A stretch of DNA of 56,260 bases from Candidatus Woesearchaeota archaeon CG10_big_fil_rev_8_21_14_0_10_32_9 (GCA_002762915.1 PCYF01000001.1:1-56260); one strand, 5' to 3'. Counted from the stretch's first letter, positions 8,371 to 19,192 are shown. Numbers and translations: made by a program. The notes: generated from the letters alone by a model not told the origin.

Positions 8371-11300
8371 TTAAGATTCCTGTTCTTCCATAAAACTTGA
8401 TAGTCCTGTTTGTACTTCTTTATCTCTTCCAAAGACGCCTTCAATTCTTCTCTGAGTTAATTCTAAAGTTTGTTTTATGTATGAACTGACATGATATTTT
8501 TCTGCAAGCATCATGCTGTATTCCATATACTTTACTATACTTCCCTCACTTATTGTAAAAATAATTTTACCCCCGCACTGATTACATTTTCCCATCAACG
8601 GAGGACGTCTATATTTTTCATTACAGTGAACACATCTGAATTCTTGTGTTGAGAACTTTCTTAGATTTCCTTTAGTGTCTCTTATAAAATGCTTTTCAAT
8701 TATCAATCTTGCAACATCAGATTGATCAACCGCTCGCAATTTTACAGCTATATCCATTTGTGCTTGAACTTTATCCCCCATGCTAGGCAAAAGTTTGTAA
8801 GAAGAACATAAAACTCCTGCATTTATATTTGTAGTATCGTGAGTAAATCCAAAATTTTCATATTGTGCTTCAGTTCCAATTACGTTTCCTATTCTTTTCA
8901 TCTTTACATCATAGGGCATTTTGTATTGATCTGCAGCACGATATAACGCCAAAGGATACTTGTAAGCCAAATCAACGTTGAACACCATATCATCAACTTC
9001 TGCAGGCAAAACTACCGAAGTTAATACTAAAGGGGCATCCATGGTACTACCTCTAGAACTTGGAAGATATTGTTTTGAAAAATTTAAATAGGCATCCATT
9101 AATAATAAAATGCAAGATTCATCTCCATCACAATCTCTTCTCATTGCAGCATGAATATAAGGATGTGCGAAAAATGCTTGTGTTTTAGAAAAACCAACTA
9201 TTCTTGTTACTATTCCTGCAGATGTGTGAGGCGCTAACCCTATTGTCAGGTGTCCGACCAAATCTTCTTTAGATTTTAAATTATAAAATGGTTTCAAACC
9301 ATATAATTTTTCTAGTTCTTCGTCAATAAAATTTGCGGTTCTAAATAAAACTTCATCTGAGGCTTCATCCGGAGAAACTGTTGAACAAGGCAAAACTATA
9401 TCTTGAACTTTTAGCTCCAAAATTTGATCATCTTTTTCCAGAGGAAACCCATAAATGTCTTTTTTGTATCCTAATTCAATTAATTTTTTGACAGGCACGT
9501 TTATTTCTTTCGGCTTGAAATGAGTTAAAGACACCTCTGAACAATCATATCTTATTGTTCCGTCTTTATTTACGGAAAGATTGTGTTTTGCACGCAATAT
9601 TCCTTTCATCAAGTGTTCAGACATGTGTTCTTTATTGGCTGTACCTCGTACGCCTTTAATTAAATCTGGTAAAATTTTTGTGTTTAATTTTCTTTTTAAA
9701 TTTTCAATTATTTCAACTATTTTTATTTCTGTTTTTTTATATTTTGGAACTTCATGTTCGCAAGTTGTGGACTCTCCACATTGTGGACAATATTTAACTA
9801 AATCTGTTTTTGAATCGCATTTTTCACAGATTTTAAATGGAGTTATATTTGAACATTTTTTACATTTAAAGAGCTGTATTTCCGCAGTTATTCTTTTGAC
9901 ATCCATTGCAGATTGAAAACTTCTTAATCTTCCTCCTTCTTCACCAACAGGAAATAATGCATGAGGGCTTCCAGTCAATTTTCTCATCTTTGCTTTTTCA
10001 GGTCTACCCATTCTTGCTCCAATAAAAGTTCCTGACTTGTCTCTTATTTCTACTCCTGACAATTCAGTCAAAACATCAGAAGGTTTTTCGTGTTTAGATA
10101 ACATTTGTTCAAATAAAGAATCATCTTTTTTCAATTGAAAAACATAATTGAGTGCTTCTGCATGTTCATTCTCAATGACTACAAATTCATTATTAATTTG
10201 CTTGTGTGGCACACCTATTAATTCTAAAAATCTTTTTTGTTTTTCTTTTAAATTAAGAATAATTTTGTTGTCTTCTATTTTTCCTGTTTTTATCCAGACA
10301 CGAAGTTCTTTTAAATCTGCAACATTTATTGTATTCCAATAATAGAGATGAGAAGGATGTAATGAAATGTTTAACATCTTTGATATTTCTAATGCCGCAG
10401 TAAAACTTATTTTCGTTTTTAGAGGATTCTTAAGAAGTGTTGTAATTTTTTCAGGATCTATTGATACTAAATCTGATATTTTTTCAGGATCTATTGTCCA
10501 AAAAAGATTTATTGCTGCTTCTTCCAATTCTTGTATCCATATTTCTTGACAATATCCAGCAGGCACTAATTTGTGAGCTCTATCATAAAAGTCTCCATAA
10601 TTAATTAAAACATCTCCAAAATAAATTATTTCCTGCACATCATCTTTATATTTTTTAGCATCAATTTCATTATCAACGTACACAACATCTCCATTTTTTA
10701 GTTTTATAATTGGACCATCAATTGTATCACAACAAGAATATGCTGCAGCTTTACCTGGTCTTTCTACTTTTAGTTGGGTTCCTGTTGCAATAAAATTATT
10801 AGATAGAATCATTGTCGCAGGATGCACTGATTGTGCTGAGAATCCTGATGTTCTAGATCTACCATATCTTAATCTTAAACCGCCCGATCTTAATGGGTGA
10901 CCAAGAACTGGTCTTCCTCCGACTAAATCAGTTATGTATGTAAAGTCAGGAGCTAACTTTCCTGTCACTTCTTTTTTAGTTGATTTAGATTTCATTTTTG
11001 TTTGAATTTTAAGAAATTCTTCCATGAACGCCCAATGTTTCATATCCATCTCAGGACCCCACGTTCGTATTTTGGCCCAGAGTTTTGGTCCTTTCAAAGG
11101 AATACAAGAACTGTGTATTAAACAATACCCGCTTCTCAATTTATTTGTTGGAACTCTTGGTAAATCTCTTAATAAGGCACTAGAAATATTAAATTTTTCT
11201 GAAGGATCTCCAGATATTTCAACCGGTAAATGTCTTAATAAAAATTCTGTTTCTGCCTTAGAAGGAAAATATTGTAAATTGGTAACATATTCGTGATAAT

Positions 11301-11892
11301 CTTCTAATTCTGCATGACATCTTTGCACTTCTTTTTCTGTAGGATCATATTCTTGATATCCTAATTGTTTTCGCACATAATCTGCAATTATAACTGATAC
11401 TGCAGCAGCAGTTCCTCCTGCAGCTCTAATTGGTCCTGAGAAATTAATACAAAAGTATTTTCCTTTTCCATCTAATCTATCTTTTATTTCTAGCGTGGTA
11501 AACCCTTCTAAAGGCGCAGATACAACTCCTAAAGTCACATAGGCAAATCCTGTTCTTATTCCTACTTCCATTGCTTCGGTTTTATTTTTAAAAGTGCAAA
11601 ATTTTTCTTGAGCAATTTCTAAGGCTATTTTTAATGCGACTCTCCAATCTAACGGAGAGTATATTTCTTCAAGTTCAATTATTCTTTTTATTGCTCCTGA
11701 TTCAGACAACTGAGGAGCTACAGCAGATATTAATCCTATTACCCTTTCTGCTAAATTTTCAGCTAACTTTACTTCAACAAAATCTTCAGGATCGTATCCT
11801 TTCTTTTTTGCTTCTGAGGCTAGTTTATATTCTTTTAGAGCTTCTTTTTTAAGTTCTTCAAAATATTCTTGTACTTGTTTAGATGCAATCAT
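8371..11892 (-). CDS. polC: DNA polymerase D large subunit (DP2)
   Basis: 1173 aa. Typical DP2 N-terminus, multiple Cys clusters (CKKCS..CEKCD, CPQCG, CVHCN..CNQCGG). Sits 1 nt downstream of DP1. No intein-sized insertion is apparent. Confidence 0.95.
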   Translation of the reverse strand: MIASKQVQEYFEELKKEALKEYKLASEAKKKGYDPEDFVEVKLAENLAERVIGLISAVAPQLSESGAIKRIIELEEIYSPLDWRVALKIALEIAQEKFCTFKNKTEAMEVGIRTGFAYVTLGVVSAPLEGFTTLEIKDRLDGKGKYFCINFSGPIRAAGGTAAAVSVIIADYVRKQLGYQEYDPTEKEVQRCHAELEDYHEYVTNLQYFPSKAETEFLLRHLPVEISGDPSEKFNISSALLRDLPRVPTNKLRSGYCLIHSSCIPLKGPKLWAKIRTWGPEMDMKHWAFMEEFLKIQTKMKSKSTKKEVTGKLAPDFTYITDLVGGRPVLGHPLRSGGLRLRYGRSRTSGFSAQSVHPATMILSNNFIATGTQLKVERPGKAAAYSCCDTIDGPIIKLKNGDVVYVDNEIDAKKYKDDVQEIIYFGDVLINYGDFYDRAHKLVPAGYCQEIWIQELEEAAINLFWTIDPEKISDLVSIDPEKITTLLKNPLKTKISFTAALEISKMLNISLHPSHLYYWNTINVADLKELRVWIKTGKIEDNKIILNLKEKQKRFLELIGVPHKQINNEFVVIENEHAEALNYVFQLKKDDSLFEQMLSKHEKPSDVLTELSGVEIRDKSGTFIGARMGRPEKAKMRKLTGSPHALFPVGEEGGRLRSFQSAMDVKRITAEIQLFKCKKCSNITPFKICEKCDSKTDLVKYCPQCGESTTCEHEVPKYKKTEIKIVEIIENLKRKLNTKILPDLIKGVRGTANKEHMSEHLMKGILRAKHNLSVNKDGTIRYDCSEVSLTHFKPKEINVPVKKLIELGYKKDIYGFPLEKDDQILELKVQDIVLPCSTVSPDEASDEVLFRTANFIDEELEKLYGLKPFYNLKSKEDLVGHLTIGLAPHTSAGIVTRIVGFSKTQAFFAHPYIHAAMRRDCDGDESCILLLMDAYLNFSKQYLPSSRGSTMDAPLVLTSVVLPAEVDDMVFNVDLAYKYPLALYRAADQYKMPYDVKMKRIGNVIGTEAQYENFGFTHDTTNINAGVLCSSYKLLPSMGDKVQAQMDIAVKLRAVDQSDVARLIIEKHFIRDTKGNLRKFSTQEFRCVHCNEKYRRPPLMGKCNQCGGKIIFTISEGSIVKYMEYSMMLAEKYHVSSYIKQTLELTQRRIEGVFGRDKEVQTGLSSFMEEQES

Positions 11893-11893
11893 T

Positions 11894-13408
11894 TTATGTC
11901 ATTTTTTTAAGTTCTTTAACTTCTTTGTTGATTTCTTCTTCTTTTTCTTTTGATTTTTTTGTAAGGAAATTCATTATTTTAACATCTCTGGTTTTTAAGT
12001 TTATAATTGGTATTCTTGCAGGAAGAGGTTCTAAACCTCTTTTAATTTGATCGTCAGTTGTTTCAGTCCAACATGACGCATTTACTAAAGTAACATTTCT
12101 ATAACTCGAAACGCTAGATCTATGAATGTGTCCTGTTATAAAGAAATCAGGAACGGCATCTATTAAAAGAAAGTCCTCTTCGGAATCAGGAAGATACAAT
12201 GTGGATTTGTGTGTTGGTGCTAAATGTCTTCTTTGTAACAAAAATTTCATTATTAAATCTGATCTTTTTTGTCCTCCTGCCTCTCTTATTGAAGGAACAT
12301 TTTCAGAATAATAAATTAAAGAGCCTCCATGATATAATAAAAAGTCAAATCCTGGAAAGTCATCTTTAGCACCCACATTAACTTGTGCCGGATTTGATAC
12401 TATTGTTATGTTTGGCATTGCCCATATTGCCTCAGCCATATCTTTGAATGGTCTTTCTTGAGGTTCGGATAGTCTTCCTGCGTCGTGATTTCCTGACATA
12501 ACAACCAATTTTATTGTTTGAGGAATTTTTTTTAACCAATTTGCGGCTTCTTGATACTGTTCTTTTATATCAAGTATTTCTAGATCTGCTTCTTGTCCAG
12601 GATATATTCCCACACCTTCAACAATATCTCCTGTTAGTATCAAGTATTTAGTTTTTTGCGCAATTGTTCGTTGTTCTTCGTTACCTAACTCTCCGTTAAT
12701 CCAATGAATAAATTTTGTAAATTCTTCTTTCATAAAATGTTTAGAACCGAAGTGAGTGTCTCCTAACAACACAACATATTCTTCTTCTTTTTGTTTTTTT
12801 AATTCTTTACTTAATGGAATATCCGGAAAAACAATTTTTTCTATAAATAGTGCTTTATTTATTATTACTCCAACAACACCTATAACTTCATCCAACACAA
12901 GGTCATTAGATGTTTGATATAGTTCTTTGTTTTTTTCTGTTTCTTTCACTATTGCAGTTATTGTTCCAGTTAGATCTTCCAATTTAATTATCAAAGAATT
13001 GTTTTTTGTTAGTGATTTATCTTGAATCATTCCTATTATTGTTACCCGTTCATTATTGTTTTTGTTTACAAGACGAGAAATTGAAGTTATTCCTTGCAAA
13101 TCTTGTCTATATTTAAGCATCTGGGTTATATTTTTAAATCTTAAATTAAATACCGAAACAAAATCTTGAAAAGTCCTTTTCTTCGGAGGCTTATCATATG
13201 ATTTTATTATTTTTATTTTATGCTCATCTTTACTTTTTTGTTTTTCTTCGAAGTCTCTAAGTACTTTTTCATCTAAAAAATCTAGAGTTTCTCCATATTC
13301 TTCAACTAAAGAATTTAAAAGAAGTTCATCTATTTCTTTATCAAGTATTTCCGGGCTTATTAATACTCCTTTTTCTATTAGTTTTGATAGTGTTTGTGAA
13401 GAAGTCAT
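11894..13408 (-). CDS. polB: DNA polymerase D small subunit (DP1), calcineurin-like phosphoesterase
   Basis: 504 aa. OB-fold region then metallophosphatase motifs (LLGDTHFGS, LTGDIVEG, MSGNHD, GHIH). Confidence 0.95.
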   Translation of the reverse strand: MTSSQTLSKLIEKGVLISPEILDKEIDELLLNSLVEEYGETLDFLDEKVLRDFEEKQKSKDEHKIKIIKSYDKPPKKRTFQDFVSVFNLRFKNITQMLKYRQDLQGITSISRLVNKNNNERVTIIGMIQDKSLTKNNSLIIKLEDLTGTITAIVKETEKNKELYQTSNDLVLDEVIGVVGVIINKALFIEKIVFPDIPLSKELKKQKEEEYVVLLGDTHFGSKHFMKEEFTKFIHWINGELGNEEQRTIAQKTKYLILTGDIVEGVGIYPGQEADLEILDIKEQYQEAANWLKKIPQTIKLVVMSGNHDAGRLSEPQERPFKDMAEAIWAMPNITIVSNPAQVNVGAKDDFPGFDFLLYHGGSLIYYSENVPSIREAGGQKRSDLIMKFLLQRRHLAPTHKSTLYLPDSEEDFLLIDAVPDFFITGHIHRSSVSSYRNVTLVNASCWTETTDDQIKRGLEPLPARIPIINLKTRDVKIMNFLTKKSKEKEEEINKEVKELKKMT

Positions 13409-13409
13409 C

Positions 13410-14630
13410 TTACTTTCCTTCTTTTATTTCTAGTTCTTCTTCTAATATTTGCATTATTTTTCTCTCAATTACTGCAGGTAAAGAAATACTTATTTCTCTT
13501 GTTCTTCCGAATCTTCCTTTACTTATTACTTTTGTATTTATTATTCCTAACATGTCAAGTTCGGCTATAATATCCGAAACTCTTCTTTGGGTTAAAGGTC
13601 TTAAACCTGTTTTGTTACAAATGTTTTTGTATAATTCGTAAATATCTCCTGTTAAAATTTCAGATTTTTTATTTTGACTTAATATGAGTATTGGATATAG
13701 TGTTGCTTGAAATTGTTTGGGATGCGTTTTTACCATATCTACTAATCTATCGCGCTCTATTTTATCTTCTGCTTCATCTATGTTTTCTATTTTTACTTGA
13801 TCTTGATTTTTTCTTTCCGCTAATTCTCCTGCAACTCTTAACAATTCTAAAGCCCTCCTGGCATCCCCGTGTTCTCTTGCGGCGTATGCTGCACATTTCT
13901 GAAGAACTCCATCTTCTATTATGTCTTGTTTGAATGCTTTAGCCGCTCTTTTTTTTAGAATGTCTTGAATTTGCATTGCATTATATGGTGGAAAAACAAT
14001 TTCTTCTTCTGATAAAGAAGATTTAACTCTCGGATCTAAGTTGTTTGCAAACATTAAATCATTAGATATTCCTATTATTGATAATTGTGATTTTTTTAGT
14101 TCGGAATTTATTCTTGTTAAATTATAAATTATTTCATCGCCTGCTTTTTTTATTAATTGATCTATTTCATCTAAAATTAAGATTATTATTTTTTCTTCAG
14201 CATCAAGTGCTTGAAAAAAGATGTTATATACTTCATCTGTTGGTAATCCTGTAGGAGGAACTGCTTTTCCAAAAAATCTTGCTAATTCAGCAATTAGTCT
14301 GTATTCTGTGTCTGCTATTTTTTTTAATTTACAATTTAGATAAAATATTTGTAAAGGCAGTCCTTTTTCTTTTGAAATATTTTCCATTTGTTCTGCAACA
14401 TATCTGGAAACCAAGGTTTTTCCTGTTCCTGTTTTACCATAAACAAACAAATTTGAGGGTTTTTCTAATTTTAGTGCTGGCGCCAAGATCTGTGCTATTT
14501 GTGCTATTTGTTCATCTCTGTGACTTATTTCTCCAGGTATATATGAAGATTGTAATACTTTTTTATTGTCGAAGATTGTGTCTTTTTTTAGAAATTTCTC
14601 GAAGAATAAATTTAAGTTGTTCTGAACCAT
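13410..14630 (-). CDS. cdc6: Orc1/Cdc6 origin recognition / helicase loader
   Basis: 406 aa. Walker A GKTGTGKT, Walker B ILDEID, C-terminal winged helix. First gene of the orc1-DP1-DP2 operon (1-nt spacers). TATA TTTATATAA at 14651-14659 lies about 20 nt from the ATG. Confidence 0.95.
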   Translation of the reverse strand: MVQNNLNLFFEKFLKKDTIFDNKKVLQSSYIPGEISHRDEQIAQIAQILAPALKLEKPSNLFVYGKTGTGKTLVSRYVAEQMENISKEKGLPLQIFYLNCKLKKIADTEYRLIAELARFFGKAVPPTGLPTDEVYNIFFQALDAEEKIIILILDEIDQLIKKAGDEIIYNLTRINSELKKSQLSIIGISNDLMFANNLDPRVKSSLSEEEIVFPPYNAMQIQDILKKRAAKAFKQDIIEDGVLQKCAAYAAREHGDARRALELLRVAGELAERKNQDQVKIENIDEAEDKIERDRLVDMVKTHPKQFQATLYPILILSQNKKSEILTGDIYELYKNICNKTGLRPLTQRRVSDIIAELDMLGIINTKVISKGRFGRTREISISLPAVIERKIMQILEEELEIKEGK

Positions 14631-14631
14631 A

Positions 14632-14645
14632 CTTCCAAGAGAAAT
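14632..14645 (+). promoter_or_regulatory. Degenerate mini-ORB-like site overlapping the orc1 start region
   Basis: CTTCCAAGAGAAAT resembles the mini-ORB CTTCCATATAGAAAC at 14943. It lies between the orc1 TATA box and the ATG. Confidence 0.35.
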
Positions 14646-14717
14646 ATAGGTTATATAAATATTCTTCTTCTGGAACCTATGTTATTTAAAATATTGTATT
14701 TAAAACTAGCACCCCTA

Positions 14718-14737
14718 CCCCTGTGTTTCTTATGGAG
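14718..14737 (-). promoter_or_regulatory. ORB element (left boundary of oriC)
   Basis: Minus strand reads CTCCATAAGAAACACAGGGG (dyad plus G-string). Confidence 0.7.
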
Positions 14738-14887
14738 TTTTTATATTTTGAAAAAGTTCTGGTGTTTTTTGAGTTATTTTTAGACAGTTTTTGTATCCTT
14801 TTGTATTTTTTAATACTTTTTTACTGTTTTAACAAGATTGACATAAGCACAAAGTTTCTCAGTTTGTTCTTATTCTCTTCTAAATCG

Positions 14888-14925
<38 letters not shown>

Positions 14926-14942
14926 ATAAATATATAATATAA

Positions 14943-14957
14943 CTTCCATATAGAAAC
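14943..14957 (+). promoter_or_regulatory. Mini-ORB (dyad only, no G-string)
   Basis: CTTCCATATAGAAAC matches the ORB dyad TTCCAnTGGAAAC and lies inside the AT-rich region. Confidence 0.5.
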
Positions 14958-15007
14958 TAAATGTTTTTTAAAAATAAAACAATAATAAACTTAATTATAT
15001 TAAAACT

Positions 15008-15061
15008 AAATAAATTAAAATTAATAATAAAATTAAATAAATTAAAATTAATAATAAAATT
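15008..15061. repeat. Perfect 27-bp tandem duplication in the origin
   Basis: AAATAAATTAAAATTAATAATAAAATT occurs twice back to back (15008-15034 and 15035-15061). Confidence 0.9.
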
Positions 15062-15302
15062 AAACATATTAAAGTAATAATTATAATAAATATTTTTTAT
15101 ATAATATAATTAAATATAATAAATAAAATAATAAAACAAAAATGATGACAATCAATTTTATTTATATTTGCAGAAAAAATATGTTTGTTTGATATATTAA
15201 ATAACAAACAGATCTCATTTTTTAAATTAAAAAATAACAAAAAAATTTTATATATCCATTAAATTAAGTGACTCAACAACTCAAGTTTATTATTAATTTT
15301 AG

Positions 15303-15322
15303 TTCTAAAGGAAACAGAGGGG
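15303..15322 (+). promoter_or_regulatory. ORB element (right boundary of oriC)
   Basis: TTCTAAAGGAAACAGAGGGG (dyad plus G-string), inverted relative to the element at 14718. Confidence 0.7.
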
Positions 15323-15347
15323 TGAGAGTAAAGATGATATTTAATAA

Positions 15348-17018
15348 CTACAACTCTAAAATTTTTTCTTGAATTATTCTCGACAATTTATCAACATCTA
15401 TCTCTAAAATTGAAATAGGAAAATCTATTTCAAAGTGATTTAATACGTTAGGATGAATCTCTCCAACACAACCTATTTCTTCTTTATTAACAATTATTTT
15501 AGCTGATCTACCCTCAATATAAATTTCTTCTTTAACTCTAATAAGTGAATATTCAACATTAAAGCTGTTTAGTAAAGAATCTAATTCTTGTTTGATTGTT
15601 GTAAAGGATACATTTTCTCCACAAGCAGAAATACATAAAGAGTTTTGTTCTTCAACCAACGTGTCTTTTTTTTCATTTTTCATAAATATTGTTCCTATTT
15701 CAAAAAAGAATTGAGGGTACTCATAATGCTTGTTGCTTTTGTATGTTCTTAATACAGAAGGTATTAAGCTTTTTCTTAATGAATCGTATTCTGAAGATAA
15801 AGAATTTTTTATTTTAACAACATTCTTTAATTTTAGCTGTTTTTGTTCTTCTGAATTTATTAAAGAAAAATTGAATATCTCAATATATTGGGTTCCTATT
15901 AATATTTCTCTTATTTTTCTTTTTAATTTTTCTATAAATAGTTCTTTTCCTGTTGTTGAAGGTCTCTGAGGATCTTCTTTAATGTTTTCAAAACCATAAG
16001 CTATAACTATGTCTTCAACTAAATCAATTGGGTGTAGAACATCAGTTCTATAAGATGGAATGCTTACGTTTATTTTTGTATTTCCTTCTGCATCAAAACC
16101 CATTTTTTTAAGTAATTTAATTATTTCAGTAGATTTAAGATGTGTTCCTAAGTACTTAGAAACATAATCTTGCTCAAGATACATTTGTTCAGGAACAAAA
16201 GACGGAGTTATCTCTGTTTTTGAGTCATATTTTACTTTTACTTCAAAAAGCTCTCCACCCATGTCTGCAAATGCTGTGGAAAGCATATTAATTGCTTTAG
16301 AAACTACGTTAAAATTAAATCCAGAACATTCTATAAACACTTCTTTTGTTTTTACGTCAACTTTTCCTGTTTGTTCAGAATTGATAATTGGAGGCATACT
16401 TAATATTTGATTTTTTGAATCAATAAATACAGGAAATTTTGGTTTATTCTCGAGCAAATAGCCATATTCTTTTCCTGTTTTATGTTGTTTTAATATCTGA
16501 GTTCCCGTAAAACTTTTATTTTCTCCTAAAGGCACGAATTTAATTTCTTCAGGCTTTAGCGCAGTATATGTGATAGGAAAACTTATTTTAGTTAAAGGAT
16601 ACACACCTATTGCACATCTTTTTCTGTTTCGTCCATAAGTTACATGTAGTTTTTCTTGAATTGCAATTATATTCAATAATTTTTCTTCGTTAAGCTTAAG
16701 ATTTTTTACAACAACGCAAGCAGTATAAGGCCTTATTTCTTTAACATCTTTTTGTACAACGACTTGATAGGATGATTTTTTTGCACTATATTTCTTTAAG
16801 CCTGAATCAAAACCCATAAATGTTTTGAGGGCTCTTGCAAATCCCTCCTCCGAAAGAAGATCTGGCCTATTAGGAAATATTTCCACAACAATATTTTCTT
16901 TGGTAATTTCTTCTAAATCTGTACCTAAATAACTAATTCTGTCTTTCAAGACTTCATCTGGTATTTTTTTTCCTAATAAATCCAGTATTCTATTTTTGTT
17001 TAGAGTTATTGTTGGCAT
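15348..17018 (-). CDS. pheT: Phenylalanine--tRNA ligase beta subunit (archaeal type)
   Basis: 556 aa. MPTITLNK...DLLG N-terminus and B3/4-B5 architecture typical of archaeal PheT. In an operon with pheS. Confidence 0.9.
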   Translation of the reverse strand: MPTITLNKNRILDLLGKKIPDEVLKDRISYLGTDLEEITKENIVVEIFPNRPDLLSEEGFARALKTFMGFDSGLKKYSAKKSSYQVVVQKDVKEIRPYTACVVVKNLKLNEEKLLNIIAIQEKLHVTYGRNRKRCAIGVYPLTKISFPITYTALKPEEIKFVPLGENKSFTGTQILKQHKTGKEYGYLLENKPKFPVFIDSKNQILSMPPIINSEQTGKVDVKTKEVFIECSGFNFNVVSKAINMLSTAFADMGGELFEVKVKYDSKTEITPSFVPEQMYLEQDYVSKYLGTHLKSTEIIKLLKKMGFDAEGNTKINVSIPSYRTDVLHPIDLVEDIVIAYGFENIKEDPQRPSTTGKELFIEKLKRKIREILIGTQYIEIFNFSLINSEEQKQLKLKNVVKIKNSLSSEYDSLRKSLIPSVLRTYKSNKHYEYPQFFFEIGTIFMKNEKKDTLVEEQNSLCISACGENVSFTTIKQELDSLLNSFNVEYSLIRVKEEIYIEGRSAKIIVNKEEIGCVGEIHPNVLNHFEIDFPISILEIDVDKLSRIIQEKILEL

Positions 17019-17019
17019 T

Positions 17020-17664
17020 TTATTTCATTTTTTTTGTTAATTTTATTTTTGAGTTTTTACTCTCTTCTGTATCTTGTAAATCGTCGTCTAAAGGTGTTGT
17101 CACATTTTTGTTTTTTGAGTGTTTTTTAATCAATTTTAATATTAAGTCTACTGCTTCTTTTGCAGTATTTGCACCATATATGAACTCAGTTTTTCTTACG
17201 TCAAAATATTTGTTTGTTAATTCTTTTGCTATGCCTCCGCTGGGCGTTAATGCAACTAGCGGTTTGTTCATCATATATGCATAAGTTGCTTCATTTAATG
17301 TTCCTGCACCGCCACCTACAATTATTGCACCATCGCAACTGTTTAGGTTTATGCTGTTTCTGGACCAGCCAATTCCTGTTGCTACAACAACATCAGCATA
17401 ATCATTTACTTTGTTAAGATTTTCCCAAGGAATTATTGCAAGTGTTTTTCCTTTGTGCTTTTTAGCTCCTTTTAATGCCGCCTCCATAACTCCCAAACCA
17501 CCTCCGGTTAAGGTTAGAGCTTTTCTTTTTGCTATTTCCTCTCCAACTTCAAAGGCAAGATTATATGCTTCAGGGGTCGTTATGGCTTTACTAGAACCAA
17601 GAACAACTATTTGTAGTTGTCTTTTCACTTTCGGAATTTTCATTTTTTGATATTTGTTTTTCAT
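17020..17664 (-). CDS. LOG/TIGR00725-family Rossmann-fold protein
   Basis: 214 aa. GGGLGVMEA and GGGAGTLNE motifs characteristic of the LOG / lysine-decarboxylase-like (SLOG) family. Lys/Asp-rich C-terminal tail. Confidence 0.7.
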   Translation of the reverse strand: MKNKYQKMKIPKVKRQLQIVVLGSSKAITTPEAYNLAFEVGEEIAKRKALTLTGGGLGVMEAALKGAKKHKGKTLAIIPWENLNKVNDYADVVVATGIGWSRNSINLNSCDGAIIVGGGAGTLNEATYAYMMNKPLVALTPSGGIAKELTNKYFDVRKTEFIYGANTAKEAVDLILKLIKKHSKNKNVTTPLDDDLQDTEESKNSKIKLTKKMK

Positions 17665-17671
17665 TTTATCC

Positions 17672-19192
17672 TCATTTAATGAATGTCTTCATTGTTTTTA
17701 ATTGTTCTAAATCGTTTTTGTATATTTCTCTCAGATCATTAATTTTGTAGTAATTTGATATTATTCTTTCCATTCCAAGACCCCAGGCTAAAACAGGACA
17801 CTCAAAACCTAAAAGCGTTTTTGTTACTTCTGGTCTAAATATTCCACAACCGCCCATTTCTACCCATTGTTTTTTTACAGGATTATATGCTTCTATTTCT
17901 GCACTTGGTTCTGTGTATGGAAAATGAGCAGGTCTTATTCTAACATCTGTGAAGCCCATTTTAGTAAAGAATTCTTTTAAGTATCCTTTTAGCTTAACTA
18001 AATTTACGTCTGGGTCGATAACTATTCCATCCACTTGATGAAATTCAAATAAATGTTTCCAATCTAGAACTTCATTTCTAAAAACCTTACCAACAATGAA
18101 ATATTTTTTTGGCAAGTCTTCTTTTTTCAATTTATTTAATGTGTGTGCACTTACAACAGTTGTGTGCGTTCTTAGTAATGTTTCTTGTGCTATTTTTTCT
18201 GAGTAAGGTGCTTGCCAGCCTTTCGAACCAGTATCTCCTCCCGTTTCATGTACTTTTTTAACTTTTTGTAATATTTTCGAATCTACTTTTGAATTGTGTT
18301 CTAAATAAAATGTGTCTTGCAATTCTCTTGCCGGATGATCTTGTGGAACGAATAATGCATCCAAATCCCAGAACGCGCTTTGCACTTGATTTCCTTCCAT
18401 TTCTTCAAAACCAAGTTCTAACCAAATGTTTCTTATGTATTCTATTGCTTCATTCACAAAATGTTTCTTTCCTTTATTTATTCTCGGTACTTTGCTAGTT
18501 ATATCAAATGTTTTTAATTGAGTTTCTTTCCAAGATCCAGTTCTTATCATTTCAGGAGTAAGTTTGTCTGCAACTTTTGTTTCTAATAGTTTTTTATCTT
18601 TAAGAAGTTCTTTTCCAAGGACTGTTAATTTTGCAAAGAACTCTGTTTTTTTGTCCTTTAAGATTATATTTTTTCTTTTTAGAAGTTCTTCAAATATCTT
18701 TTTATCTTCTGTAGTTAAACTACTGCTGCTAAGAGGAAGTTTGTTTAGAAGTGCTTCTTCCACGAATCCTTTTTTTATTTTTTCTTGTCCTTCTTTTGTT
18801 ATCGAAAAAGTTAGTTCCTGTTCTTTTTTTACGTTGATATAATTATTTCTTTTAAGAAGACCCACACAAACATTTAATTCATCTTTATCAACTTGTTTGA
18901 ACTCAGATATTTTTTTTTCTTTAGGTTCTATTTCTTGTAAAAATCTTTTTTCAGGCAAACCTCTTTTCAAATAAAGTTTACCATTTGAATCTATTTTGTA
19001 AATCTCTTCTTCTTTTTTTTCAAGAGCAATCAATTCTTTATTTGCTAACCATTGTAATGCGCGTAACACTTCTATTTCTATTAAACCAGTTTCTCGTATT
19101 AATTCTGGAATAGAATTTGATTTTAAAACTGCCGGAAGGACTTTTCGTTCTAAGTTGCTCAGTTCCAGGGCTATTTCTTCTTTTGTTGGCAT
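17672..19192 (-). CDS. pheS: Phenylalanine--tRNA ligase alpha subunit (archaeal type)
   Basis: 506 aa. N-terminal winged-helix repeats, class II catalytic core (HPARE, FRNE, GLGMERI). Confidence 0.9.
   Translation of the reverse strand: MPTKEEIALELSNLERKVLPAVLKSNSIPELIRETGLIEIEVLRALQWLANKELIALEKKEEEIYKIDSNGKLYLKRGLPEKRFLQEIEPKEKKISEFKQVDKDELNVCVGLLKRNNYINVKKEQELTFSITKEGQEKIKKGFVEEALLNKLPLSSSSLTTEDKKIFEELLKRKNIILKDKKTEFFAKLTVLGKELLKDKKLLETKVADKLTPEMIRTGSWKETQLKTFDITSKVPRINKGKKHFVNEAIEYIRNIWLELGFEEMEGNQVQSAFWDLDALFVPQDHPARELQDTFYLEHNSKVDSKILQKVKKVHETGGDTGSKGWQAPYSEKIAQETLLRTHTTVVSAHTLNKLKKEDLPKKYFIVGKVFRNEVLDWKHLFEFHQVDGIVIDPDVNLVKLKGYLKEFFTKMGFTDVRIRPAHFPYTEPSAEIEAYNPVKKQWVEMGGCGIFRPEVTKTLLGFECPVLAWGLGMERIISNYYKINDLREIYKNDLEQLKTMKTFIK

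Noticed and set aside
15008-15061. Tandem 27-bp repeats considered as a possible mini CRISPR array
   Set aside because: The copies are directly adjacent with no spacers, there are only two of them, they are nearly pure AT, and no cas genes are present. This is a simple tandem duplication in the origin.
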